From assembly GCA_038230375.1 (NCBI GenBank), contig JBBRNJ010000024.1, positions 32,001 to 96,000 on the forward strand: a DNA stretch of 64,000 nt. Direction: 5' to 3'. This document shows positions 48,937-58,051 of the stretch, in pieces. The translations under genes were made by a program, and so were the position numbers. This DNA is from Polyangiales bacterium. Lineage in GTDB: Bacteria > Myxococcota_A > Polyangia > Polyangiales > Polyangiaceae. Numbering within the stretch: the first letter of the stretch is position 1; every line of letters begins with the position of its first letter. A model generated the notes under the pieces. That model made no database searches. It saw only the letters and a program-made list of their open reading frames with translations, and was not told where the DNA came from.

Positions 48937-49026
48937 AATCTCTTCGACGATGCGCCAGCACGATTCATTCAACGTAGCGCCGGAGGCAAGACCCTGTGTT
49001 CGGAACAGCCGTGCTACCTTTGGACC

Positions 49027-49689
49027 GTGCCCCGGTGGTCGCGAAATCCGAACGCTGTCCTTGCACTTGCTGACCTTGCGTTGAGCGCCGAAGAAGGGTT
49101 TGTGCTCTCCCGACTCGACGCGCCGCTCGGCAGGGACGAGCTCATGAACCTCACGGGCCTGCCCGGCGAGCGGATCGACAACATCCTCGCGTTCCTGGAA
49201 GACAAGGGCCTGGCGCTCAGCGACACGCCGTCGATGCGTCCCGTGATGGCGACGATCCCCGAGACGGACTACGTGGCCAGCGCGGTCGAGATAGAGAGCA
49301 CCGCCGTCGAGACAATGACTGCGCTCTTCGATCGCGAATGGCATGACGACGCCCCCGAGGCAGCGCGTGCGGCCGCATACGACGAGCTTCGCTCCAGGTT
49401 CGCGACGGCGGCTCCGGAGGAATGCGCGACCTTCATCGTCGAAACAGAAGGGCGCGCGCTGGAGATTCTCCGCGGCATTCCGCTGCCTGGTCGCACCACC
49501 GCGATCCTCTCCGCGCGCCAGAGTTTGTCGGTCGCATTCGTTCGCAACCTGGCCAAGTTCCCGGGCTGCCCAGCAACGCTCCTTGCGCACGTGTCTCGGC
49601 AGCCGCTCGTTCAACGCGACTCGCAGCTCCGCAACCTTCTGCACCGCCATCCGAACATGCCCGTGGAGGCGAAGCGGCGCGGCAAGTGA
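49027..49689 (+). CDS. Hypothetical protein (myxobacterial LSAEEGFVLSRLD N-terminal motif)
   Basis: EEGFVLSRLDAPL...LTGL winged-helix-like start; C-terminal LL.HPN.P. Confidence 0.65.
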   Translation: MPRWSRNPNAVLALADLALSAEEGFVLSRLDAPLGRDELMNLTGLPGERIDNILAFLEDKGLALSDTPSMRPVMATIPETDYVASAVEIESTAVETMTALFDREWHDDAPEAARAAAYDELRSRFATAAPEECATFIVETEGRALEILRGIPLPGRTTAILSARQSLSVAFVRNLAKFPGCPATLLAHVSRQPLVQRDSQLRNLLHRHPNMPVEAKRRGK

Positions 49690-49752
49690 CACCGTCCTGG
49701 GGGTGAACGCCGGGTCGGCGCGCGAGCGAGCGGGGCGGCGCAACCGCTTGAC

Positions 49753-50031
49753 GCGTTTGCGATGACGCAGCCCGCAGTCTCTCGCCACCTCCGGGTCCTG
49801 GAGGGCGCGGGCCTCATCGTTCGTCGAATCGACGGCTCGAAGCGTCCGTGTCGGCTCGCTCCAGCTGCGATCGACGAGGTCGACCGATGGCTCGCGATGT
49901 TGCGGGATGCCTTGGGCAGGAACTACGACCGGCTCGACCTGCTGCTCGCCGAAAAGGCCGGCGCGCGAAAGCCACCTCGTGCCACAAGGCCCGTTGATCG
50001 AACGAAGAGAAAGCGAAAGGGAAGCCGATGA
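49753..50031 (+). pseudogene. ArsR/SmtB-family regulator lacking its N-terminal helices
   Basis: FAMTQPAVSRHLRVLEGAGLI...RPCRL...YDRLD; the usual ALADPTRRAIL segment is absent. Confidence 0.7.
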
Positions 50032-50123
50032 AGACCGCGATGCTGGCCACGGGAATGGAGCACGGCATGGAAAATTCGTACGCGCGCCTGGAGCGAGTTT
50101 CCGGTTGGGACGGGCTCCTTTGA
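50028..50123 (+). pseudogene. SRPBCC/AHSA1 remnant (start fused to the C-terminal helix)
   Basis: MKT-AMLATGMEHGMENSYARLE, ATGA-coupled to the ArsR remnant. Confidence 0.6.
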
Positions 50124-50209
50124 ACGCCTGAACCCGCACGTACGCCCGCGCAGCCTCGCGAAAGCGAGACGCTGCGGGAACGGCGAGCGTTCCGCGTTGT
50201 CGTAGCGTC

Positions 50210-50578
50210 ATGCGAAACGCCAGCGCGTTCCTCCTGGCTGCGATTGTCCTGTCCACGGCATGCGGAACGACGGCGACTCCGACATCGTTCGTGGAGCCCG
50301 AGCAGCCTCCGTCCCCGTTGCCGTGTGCAGGGCAGGTGCGCGAGGACAGCGTCGCCATTCCGGAGCTGGGGCCCCTGCCGTCCGGCGATCCCGTGACCGC
50401 AGGGCTGGCGCTCACGTGCGCGGCGCAATCCCTGAAAATTGTTCGCTGGAGTCCCGACTCCGTTGCCGTCGATATCGTCCCTCGCGAGCGTGCGATGGAA
50501 GTCTGGGCGGCATGGTCACGCGGCACGACAGCCGACGAACGCTGGCTCGAGATCACGCAGGCGCTCGCCGGCCCGTGA
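50210..50578 (+). CDS. Small lipoprotein
   Basis: Lipobox STAC. Confidence 0.55.
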   Translation: MRNASAFLLAAIVLSTACGTTATPTSFVEPEQPPSPLPCAGQVREDSVAIPELGPLPSGDPVTAGLALTCAAQSLKIVRWSPDSVAVDIVPRERAMEVWAAWSRGTTADERWLEITQALAGP

Positions 50579-50612
50579 GCATTTTGCGGTCGTCAATCGT
50601 GCGTGTGCGACG

Positions 50613-51581
50613 TCAGTCCGGCGGCCGGTGGTGGATCCCGTCCACGCGCCCCGTGAGCCTCACCTTGGAGCCATCCGCGCCGATGAGGTTCTCACACGTG
50701 AACGACGACACGTACCGGCCGCCGATGCCTTCATCCAGCTCCACGTTGGTGATGCAGTTGCCAGAGAACGCGAGCGTGCACGTCGGACACCATGACCTGT
50801 CGATGGTGAGTGGCTCCGTGGAACCGGCGTACGTGGCGAACCCGTATCCGTCGCCGTCGTTGCCCGTGGTGGTGCACGCGTAGTTGTCCCCGTAGCCAAC
50901 GGCGTGTGCGTTGTAGGCGCCGGTGATGTCCATCTCGCAGCTCGGCTTCCCCGCATCGTTCACATAGGTGGCGGCGTCGGGCGGTGGTCCCGCATCCGTG
51001 CCTTCGCGCCCCCGAAGCGTGATCGTGCCCTTCACGCGCACCGAGATCGTGCCGTGTACTTGAGCGACGAGCTCCGAGCAGTCGAATCGAGCAGACATGC
51101 CGCCCTTCTGCGTGGGCGCGAACGCGTCGATCGTGACCTTGCACCCCACGCCGTTCAGGTCGTAGTAGCTCTCGTAGCTGGAGACGCCTTCGTCGTAGCC
51201 GTACGTGGAATAGCTGCCGTTCAGTGCGTCATACGTGCCGGCTCCCGTGACGTCGGGAACGTACACGTAGAAGCCACGCGAGGTCATGGAGTCCGTCGTG
51301 GCGAGCACGCAGCCCAGGTACATGCCTCTCGGGTCGAGCGACGCCGACGCGCGCGAGCCACCTGTCGGTAGCACCACGTCCGTTCCATCCACGGAGATCG
51401 TGCAGTCCCCCGAGGATGATCCCATTGCGCTCCCTGCTTCGCCGCCCACGCCACCATCGGCAGCGGCATCACTGTCGCCGTTCTGGCCGTTCGTGCCGTT
51501 CGCGCCATTGGCGGCGATCACGCCGCACGCGACGGAGAAGGACGAAAGCAACGCCAGCTGGATCCACGCAAACGTCTTCAT
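50613..51581 (-). CDS. Lipoprotein with internally duplicated beta/Cys domain
   Basis: Lipobox SVAC; GG....F.C..L repeated twice. Confidence 0.7.
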   Translation of the reverse strand: MKTFAWIQLALLSSFSVACGVIAANGANGTNGQNGDSDAAADGGVGGEAGSAMGSSSGDCTISVDGTDVVLPTGGSRASASLDPRGMYLGCVLATTDSMTSRGFYVYVPDVTGAGTYDALNGSYSTYGYDEGVSSYESYYDLNGVGCKVTIDAFAPTQKGGMSARFDCSELVAQVHGTISVRVKGTITLRGREGTDAGPPPDAATYVNDAGKPSCEMDITGAYNAHAVGYGDNYACTTTGNDGDGYGFATYAGSTEPLTIDRSWCPTCTLAFSGNCITNVELDEGIGGRYVSSFTCENLIGADGSKVRLTGRVDGIHHRPPD

Positions 51582-51695
51582 GTGCCCTGCCTTGGGATGG
51601 CGCGGTATGGTTCGTCATGAAATCGACACTGGTTCAGTGACTCCGGACCAGCGGCCTGGGTTGCTGTAGCCTGCGAGCGGAACGGAGATCAGATC

Positions 51696-52841
51696 ATGGC
51701 GACGGATAGTTCGGGCTCGGGTCTTCAGCTGCGTTCAGTCGTGAAGAAGGATGGGGTGCTGGAGCTCTCGCTCGTCAGCGTGCCCACTCCGGAGCCGGCG
51801 CCCGATGAAGTGGTCGTTCGCGTGGATGCGGCCCCGATCAATCCGTCGGATCTCGGCCTGCTCTTTGGCGCCGCGGACATGAGCACCGCAAAGGTCAGTG
51901 GCACGGGTGCAAGCACTGTCGTCACTGCGACGGTGCCCGAGAAGGCGATGCGGGCGATGTCCGCGCGCATCGACGTGTCAATGCCCGTCGGGAACGAGGG
52001 CGCTGGTGTGGTCGTGCGAGCGGGCTCTTCCGGCGCGGCGAGCGCGCTCATGGGTAAGACCGTCGCGGTCCTGGGCGGCGCCATGTTCTCGCAGTACCGG
52101 ACCGTCAAGGTGCAGCAGTGCCTCGTCCTCCTGGAAGGAACCACTGCGAAGGACGGCGCGTCGTGCTTCGTCAATCCGCTCACCGCGCTCGGCATGGTCG
52201 AGACCATGAAGCTCGAAGGTCACAAGGCACTCGTGCACACGGCGGCCGCGTCCAATCTGGGGCTGATGTTGAATCGGCTCTGCATCGCGGACAAGGTTCC
52301 GCTCGTGAACATCGTGCGAAAGGCGGAGCAGGTTGCTGCGCTCACGGCGCTCGGCGCGGCGCACATCTGCAATTCATCGTCACCTTCGTTCATGGAGGAA
52401 CTGACCGCGGCCCTCGTCCAGACCGGCGCCACGCTCGCGTTCGATGCGATCGGCGGCGGCAAGATCGCCGGGCAGATCCTGACGTGCATGGAGGCCGCGA
52501 TCAACGCGACGGCCAAGGGCTACAGCCGCTACGGCTCCACGACGCACAAGCAGGTCTACATCTACGGCGGCCTCGACATGGGCCCGACGGAGCTGTCACG
52601 CAGCTTTGGAATGGCCTGGGGAGTCGGCGGTTGGCTCGTGTCCCCGTTCATGCAGAAGATCGGACCCGCCGCGACGATGAAGCTGCAGGAGCGCATCGCC
52701 CGCGAGCTCAAGACCATCTTCGCGAGCACGTACTCGGGAGAAGGCTCCCTTGCCGAGACCCTGTCCATGGAAGCCATGAACAGCTACGGCAAGCGGGCCA
52801 CTGGCGAAAAATACCTGGTCGTACCCAGCAAAGACGCCTGA
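51696..52841 (+). CDS. MDR-family (zinc-binding dehydrogenase-like) NAD(P)H oxidoreductase
   Basis: AAPINPSDLG, GNEGAGVV, FVNPLTALGM, HTAAASNLG, FDAIGGG. Confidence 0.9.
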   Translation: MATDSSGSGLQLRSVVKKDGVLELSLVSVPTPEPAPDEVVVRVDAAPINPSDLGLLFGAADMSTAKVSGTGASTVVTATVPEKAMRAMSARIDVSMPVGNEGAGVVVRAGSSGAASALMGKTVAVLGGAMFSQYRTVKVQQCLVLLEGTTAKDGASCFVNPLTALGMVETMKLEGHKALVHTAAASNLGLMLNRLCIADKVPLVNIVRKAEQVAALTALGAAHICNSSSPSFMEELTAALVQTGATLAFDAIGGGKIAGQILTCMEAAINATAKGYSRYGSTTHKQVYIYGGLDMGPTELSRSFGMAWGVGGWLVSPFMQKIGPAATMKLQERIARELKTIFASTYSGEGSLAETLSMEAMNSYGKRATGEKYLVVPSKDA

Positions 52842-52965
52842 GGCCGCGACGCTACCAGCGGATGACCGCGGACACCCCATCCTCATTGCAGCCGGTGAGT
52901 GGGGGGTTGCCGCTTGCGCCGCGGCGCCCTTTCGCTCTATTAAATAAGGCGATCGTCGCATCCAC

Positions 52966-54381
52966 ATGCACACGCTGCCACCAAGCACCGGCTCACCGGC
53001 GCGAATCCCTCAGGCCGGGGAGATCTTCGCGGAGAAGTACCGGATCGAGCGGGTCATTGGCGTCGGGGGCATGGGCATCGTGCTGGCCGCCACGCACATC
53101 CACCTCGACCAGCGCGTCGCGATCAAGATGCTCCTCCCGCAGCTCGCGCAGAACGAGCAGCACGTGGCGCGGTTTCTCCGCGAAGGCCGCGCGGTCATCA
53201 AGATTCGAAGCGAGCACGTGGCGCGCGTTCTCGACGTTGGTCGTCCTGCCATGGGCGCGCCGTACCTGGTGATGGAATACCTGGAAGGCACGGACCTGGC
53301 CGCGCACCTCCACAGGCACGGGGTGCTGCCGATCACGGTCGCCGTGGACTACGTCATGGAGGCGTGCGAAGCCCTCGCGGAGGCGCACGCAATGGGCACG
53401 ATCCATCGCGACCTGAAGCCCGCCAATCTCTTCGTCGCGGAGCGGCCCGATGGAACCAGGTGTATCAAGCTGCTCGACTTCGGTATCTCGAAGGTCATGG
53501 ATGGCGTTGGCACAGGCGACCAGTCCATGACGAAGACGTCCACGCTCATGGGCTCGCCGATCTACATGTCGCCGGAGCAGCTTCGCAGCTTGCGCTCGGT
53601 CGACACGCGCACGGACATCCGGGCGCTGGGCGTCATCCTGTACGAGTCGATCGTTGGCAACCCGCCGTTCGCCGGCGACTCGCTCCCCGAGCTCTCCGTG
53701 TCGATCCTCACGATGGGCGCGCCGCTCCTTTGCAAGTTGCGCCCGGAGGCGCCCGCAGGTCTCGAGCTCGTGATCGCAGGATGCCTGAAGAAAGACGTCA
53801 CGAAGCGCATTCCGGACGTGGGCACGCTGGCGAACGCGCTCGCGCCGTTCGGCTCACCACGGGCGCACGAGTCGCTGGAGAACATCCGGAGCTTCCTCTC
53901 GAGCGCCGGGTCGGTGCGGGCCGCCGTTGCTGCGTCGCCGTCGCAGAGCGGCGCGAATCCACGCGCATTCGACGTGAGCGCGGTCGCACGCACGGAGGCC
54001 GCGTGGGACAACGCCCCGCAGAAGAGCCGTGCAACGCGGCTCGCGTTCATCGCTGGTGGTGTCGTCGCTGCACTTGCGGTTCTCGGCGGTCTCGGCATCG
54101 CGTTTCGACCGCACGCGAAGGTCGTGACGGCGCCGCCAGCGTCAGCCTCCACGCCCGCCGTCGCGCTTGCGATGGTGGAGGGGCCGCCTGCGATTCCGTC
54201 TGCGGCTCCGCCAGCGTCTCCTCCCCCGTCCATGGGTGGTGCCGCGGTCGGCGGGCCGGGTGTCGACGTCGACGCGGGTCGTGCGCCGATGAAGCCGTTG
54301 CCGCCGCGCCCGGTCGCGCGTCCGCCCGCCGCGAAGCCCTCCGCAGACCCGAGCGGTCTCACCACGGACCGCCACGGATGA
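52966..54381 (+). CDS. Membrane-anchored Ser/Thr protein kinase
   Basis: GVGGMG, VAIK, HRDLKPAN, DFG, GSPIYMSPEQ; TM helix; Pro-rich tail ending LTTDRHG. Confidence 0.95.
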   Translation: MHTLPPSTGSPARIPQAGEIFAEKYRIERVIGVGGMGIVLAATHIHLDQRVAIKMLLPQLAQNEQHVARFLREGRAVIKIRSEHVARVLDVGRPAMGAPYLVMEYLEGTDLAAHLHRHGVLPITVAVDYVMEACEALAEAHAMGTIHRDLKPANLFVAERPDGTRCIKLLDFGISKVMDGVGTGDQSMTKTSTLMGSPIYMSPEQLRSLRSVDTRTDIRALGVILYESIVGNPPFAGDSLPELSVSILTMGAPLLCKLRPEAPAGLELVIAGCLKKDVTKRIPDVGTLANALAPFGSPRAHESLENIRSFLSSAGSVRAAVAASPSQSGANPRAFDVSAVARTEAAWDNAPQKSRATRLAFIAGGVVAALAVLGGLGIAFRPHAKVVTAPPASASTPAVALAMVEGPPAIPSAAPPASPPPSMGGAAVGGPGVDVDAGRAPMKPLPPRPVARPPAAKPSADPSGLTTDRHG

Positions 54382-55370
54382 TGCGCAAGCGGTCTGCCTT
54401 CTGCCTGTCTCTGCTTCTTGCATCGGCGGTTGCGCGATCCGCGCACGCGGACGCCACGAACGAGGAGAAGGCGGAGAAGCTCTTCAACGAGGCTGTCGCG
54501 CTGGCGAGCGCGCAGCACTATCCCGAGGCGTGTCCGAAGTTCGAGCTGAGTCAGAAGCTGGATCCTGCGCTCGGCACGCAGTTCAACCTTGCTGACTGCT
54601 ATGAGCACACGGGGAAGAAGGAGAGCGCGCGTCGCCTGTTCGTGGAGGTCGCGACAGCGGCGAGGGCCGCGGGAAAGGCGGCGAGAGAGAAGAGCGCACG
54701 CGATCGCGCGGCCTCGCTGGAGGCGGCCGTGGCAAGGCTCACAGTCGTTGTCGCGCAGGCGGATACCGGTCTCGCGATCACGGTGGATGGCGCGCCGCTG
54801 TCCGCCGCCGAGTGGAACAAGCCGTCGCCGGTGGACGCAGGGCCCCATGTCGTCAGCGCATCCGCACCGGGAAAAATGCCCTTCGAGGCGAAGATCGCAT
54901 CGCGCGATGGCGCCACCACCGAGCTCACGCTCCCTGCGCTCGAGAGCGTTCCGGTCGTCGTTGCGCCGCCGGCCGAAAAGCGAGCGCCAGTCGCGTCGCC
55001 ACGGCTGGAGGGCAGTGGCCGACGCACGGCTGCGTATGTCGTCGGCGGCATCGGCGCGGTGGGTCTGCTCGTCGGCGGTGGTGCAGGGGTCCTCTCGATC
55101 CTGAAGCACGGTGACGCCGTGAAGCAGTGTCCCAGCCACGACCAGCCGTGCAGCAATCCGGATGCGCGCGCATCGTGGAAGACCGCGACGGACGCAGGCA
55201 ACGTGTCGACCGTCGCGTTCGTCGTGGGAGGGGCCGTGACGGCGGCGGCGCTCGTGCTGTGGATCACTGCGCCCAAGCCGGCGGGGACCTCGCCGTCGAC
55301 CGCCACGTGGCAGCTGGCGCCAGCGGTAGGCGCGCACGATCTGGGGCTCTTCGCGACGGGTCGGTTTTGA
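54378..55370 (+). CDS. TPR + PEGA protein with C-terminal beta-signal-like end
   Basis: Signal AHA; AEKLFNE...ACPKFELSQKLDP...NLADCYE TPR; PEGA-like domain; Gly-rich hydrophobic hairpins; ends LGLFATGRF. Confidence 0.85.
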   Translation: MMRKRSAFCLSLLLASAVARSAHADATNEEKAEKLFNEAVALASAQHYPEACPKFELSQKLDPALGTQFNLADCYEHTGKKESARRLFVEVATAARAAGKAAREKSARDRAASLEAAVARLTVVVAQADTGLAITVDGAPLSAAEWNKPSPVDAGPHVVSASAPGKMPFEAKIASRDGATTELTLPALESVPVVVAPPAEKRAPVASPRLEGSGRRTAAYVVGGIGAVGLLVGGGAGVLSILKHGDAVKQCPSHDQPCSNPDARASWKTATDAGNVSTVAFVVGGAVTAAALVLWITAPKPAGTSPSTATWQLAPAVGAHDLGLFATGRF

Positions 55371-56545
55371 CCGGTCGCCTGCGCGTCGTGCTTGTGCTCG
55401 CCGCCATGATGGGCGCGGTCGGCGGCTGCAACGCGCTGCTCGACAACGGCTACGCCGACGCACCCGCGGCGGACGCAAGCGCTCCGGATGCAACGGCGAT
55501 AGACGCAGCGGCCCATGACGGAGGCTCGGACCTGAAAGCGGACGCCTCCGCCGATGCGACGACGTTGCCGCCTTCCTGCGACGCGAGCGTGGACTACACC
55601 ACCGACCCTCTCAACTGCGGCGGCTGCGGACACAATTGCGGCGGGAAGAAATGCATCGGCGCGCAGTGCGAGCTCACCAACTACGTGGGCCCGATCACCG
55701 GCCCGACGCACCTCGCGCTCGGGAGCACGAGCATCTTCTGGTCGAGCTCCACCACCATCGGCTTCGTCAGCTACGACGGCGGCACCGCGCAGTCCCACGC
55801 GCTGCCAAACGATGGCGGCTCCAACCCGATCGCCGTCGCGCCGACCGCCGGCCAGCCGGACACGCTGCTCGCCGCGCCACGCAACGCCGCCAACGGCAGC
55901 ACCGAGTACGATTTCTGTCCGACGCTCGCTTCATGCAACAGCATGGACACGGAGAACCTCCCGGGGTACGTGACGTCGACCGTCCAGGGCGAGGTGACCA
56001 TGTTCGTCGGCTACGACGGCGGGATCACCGGCCACGACATCGCACTTGGGATTACCACCGCATTGCCCGCGGCCATGGGCGACGCCGTGGAGCGCATGGA
56101 GGTGACGACCACCAGCATCTTCTGGAATTCGCGCGGACTCGTGAAGAGCACCGACTTCACGGGGGCGACGGCCACGACCGTCGTCAACGGGCCAGCGCCG
56201 GCCACCGCGTTCTCCGTCTTCAAGGCGACGGTCATCGCCTTCGGCACGACCGCGAACGAGATCAGGATCTGTACCGTGGGCAGTACCTGCCCCACGTCGA
56301 CGCTGGTGACAACGACACAGGCCGCACCGGGCGCCGTCGTGCTCGACAACGGCGCTGCCTACTGGACCGATGGCGATACGATCAAGAAGTGCACGAAGCC
56401 GTTTCCGTGCGCCGCGCCCGCGATCATCCTGGCGAAGGCCCAGCCCAACGTGCGTGAGCTCGCGCTCGACGGTACTACGCTCTACTGGGTGAGCTACGGC
56501 GACGACGCGGGTGCTGGCGGGTGGCTGCGAAGCGTGCCGAAATGA
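55367..56545 (+). CDS. Lipoprotein with Cys-rich motif and beta-propeller
   Basis: Lipobox GGC-NALL; TDPLNCGGCGHNC; repeated IFW/YW blades. Confidence 0.75.
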   Translation: MTGRLRVVLVLAAMMGAVGGCNALLDNGYADAPAADASAPDATAIDAAAHDGGSDLKADASADATTLPPSCDASVDYTTDPLNCGGCGHNCGGKKCIGAQCELTNYVGPITGPTHLALGSTSIFWSSSTTIGFVSYDGGTAQSHALPNDGGSNPIAVAPTAGQPDTLLAAPRNAANGSTEYDFCPTLASCNSMDTENLPGYVTSTVQGEVTMFVGYDGGITGHDIALGITTALPAAMGDAVERMEVTTTSIFWNSRGLVKSTDFTGATATTVVNGPAPATAFSVFKATVIAFGTTANEIRICTVGSTCPTSTLVTTTQAAPGAVVLDNGAAYWTDGDTIKKCTKPFPCAAPAIILAKAQPNVRELALDGTTLYWVSYGDDAGAGGWLRSVPK

Positions 56546-57627
56546 CTGCGCCGCGCACGCGTTCGCGGCCCGTCGCGCTCGTCTCGCTCGCCTCGCTCCT
56601 GCTGGTTGCGCTTGCCGGCTGCAACGCGCTGCTTGGCAACGGCTATCCTCCGGATGGCGACGGGGACGTGACCATCGATGCGGGCACGGACGCGGCCACC
56701 GCGAAGCCGGACACCGGTCCCCTGGCAATGGATGCGGGGGACGGGAGCTCCGCCGACTCCGGGACGATCGTCCTTGCGAGCGTGGAAGCGCCCGAGCATA
56801 TCGCCGTCAACCAGGGCATCGTCTTCTGGACGAGCGACTCGTCCCTCGGGCGCATAGAAGCAGACGGCACCGTGCTTGCGAAGCCCACGTTCCTTGCGGG
56901 CACCGGGCCCTACCCGCTGGCGCTCGGCGGCGGCTCGACCGTGTATGTCGGCGGCGCGTTCAACGGATTTCTCCAGGTTGTAGTCTGCACGATCGACCTC
57001 GCGACCTGCACTTCGTTTCGCGCGTTCGGAGGCCACACCACCGCCACTGGAATCGTGGCCAACGCCGCATCGGCCTACGTCGCGACCCAGAGCGCCCTTC
57101 TCGCCGTGCTCGCGAACGGCACCACGGCGTGGACGAGCCTTGCTGCGGCGTCCGCCATCGCGGACGACCAGGGACGGATCTACGTGACCGACGTTCCGCA
57201 GCGCGACGTGCCGATCCATGATGAGGCGAACGGCGTGATCCTGGGGCTCAGCCCCAAAGTGGGTGGCGCGCTGCTCGCGATCGACTTGGGCGGCGGCACG
57301 CTGGCGATGACCACCCTCGACGGGGGAGTGTACACATGCGCCACGACCGCCATGCCGGACGGCGGCGTGACGTTGATCGCCGCCGCATCGAACCCGGTCG
57401 CCGTACGGGTCGACGCCACGCACGTGTACTGGGTGGAGGACAGCGCCGCAGACGGCGGCACCGTGCGTCGCTGCCCCCTTGCAGGCTGCAGCGCGGGCGG
57501 ACCAGAGATCCTCGCGTCCGGTCAGAAGCACCCACGCGATCTCGTCCTCGAAGGTGCGTTCGTCTACTGGGCAAACAAGGGCGACGGCACCCCAGGGACC
57601 GGAGCCATCATGAAGCGCCCCAAGTGA
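56542..57627 (+). CDS. Beta-propeller lipoprotein, paralogous to the upstream gene
   Basis: Lipobox LAGC-NALL; VFW/VYW blades; ends GAIMKRPK. Confidence 0.75.
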   Translation: MTAPRTRSRPVALVSLASLLLVALAGCNALLGNGYPPDGDGDVTIDAGTDAATAKPDTGPLAMDAGDGSSADSGTIVLASVEAPEHIAVNQGIVFWTSDSSLGRIEADGTVLAKPTFLAGTGPYPLALGGGSTVYVGGAFNGFLQVVVCTIDLATCTSFRAFGGHTTATGIVANAASAYVATQSALLAVLANGTTAWTSLAAASAIADDQGRIYVTDVPQRDVPIHDEANGVILGLSPKVGGALLAIDLGGGTLAMTTLDGGVYTCATTAMPDGGVTLIAAASNPVAVRVDATHVYWVEDSAADGGTVRRCPLAGCSAGGPEILASGQKHPRDLVLEGAFVYWANKGDGTPGTGAIMKRPK

Positions 57628-57660
57628 ACCGCTGAAATGAGGCATCGCTGACAGCGATCT

Positions 57661-57786
57661 GAGGTCGAGGTCGAGGTCGAGGTCGAGGTCGAGGTCGAGG
57701 TCGAGGTCGAAGTCGAGGTCGAGGTCGAAGTCGAGGTCGAAGTCGAGGTCCACGTCGCGGTCGACGTCGCGGTCGCGGTCGACGTG
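57661..57786. repeat. Hexanucleotide tandem repeat (GAGGTC/GAAGTC, degenerating), 21 units
   Basis: Read directly: 15 GARGTC units followed by 6 degenerate units. Confidence 0.95.
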
Positions 57787-57817
57787 GGGCTCCCCTCGCG
57801 GTCTCCGTTTCTTTTGG

Positions 57818-57900
57818 GTACACCTACCAGGTGTACTTTTGGCGGAAAATCCCATCGTTTGGCCCGTTTTCTTGATTTGGTGTTCACCTCGTAGGTGTAC
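57818..57900. promoter_or_regulatory. Two copies of a 19-bp palindrome GT(A/T)CACCT-N3-AGGTGTAC
   Basis: gtacacctaccaggtgtac at 57818-57836 and gttcacctcgtaggtgtac at 57882-57900, in AT-rich DNA. Confidence 0.6.
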
Positions 57901-58051
57901 GTCTCGTGGGGAGCTTTTCGACGGGGCACACCTGCCTGTCGGCGCCGGCGGCACCACGCGGGGTGTGCGCCAGCTATCCCGAGATCGTGCATTTTCAGCA
58001 GAAGCGGTAGCCGCTGGATTCGCGCGCCGCTCATGCGCTACGATTCGTGGG

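Noticed and set aside
48937..50556. N-terminal 540 aa of the 1257-aa RCC1 ORF
   Set aside because: Overlaps better-supported plus-strand genes; the signal peptide begins at 48936.
57661..57786. Repeat as a CRISPR array or as a (DL)n/(ST)n coding region
   Set aside because: 6-bp units with no spacers and no cas genes; the spanning ORFs are antisense to a better-supported gene and lack credible starts.
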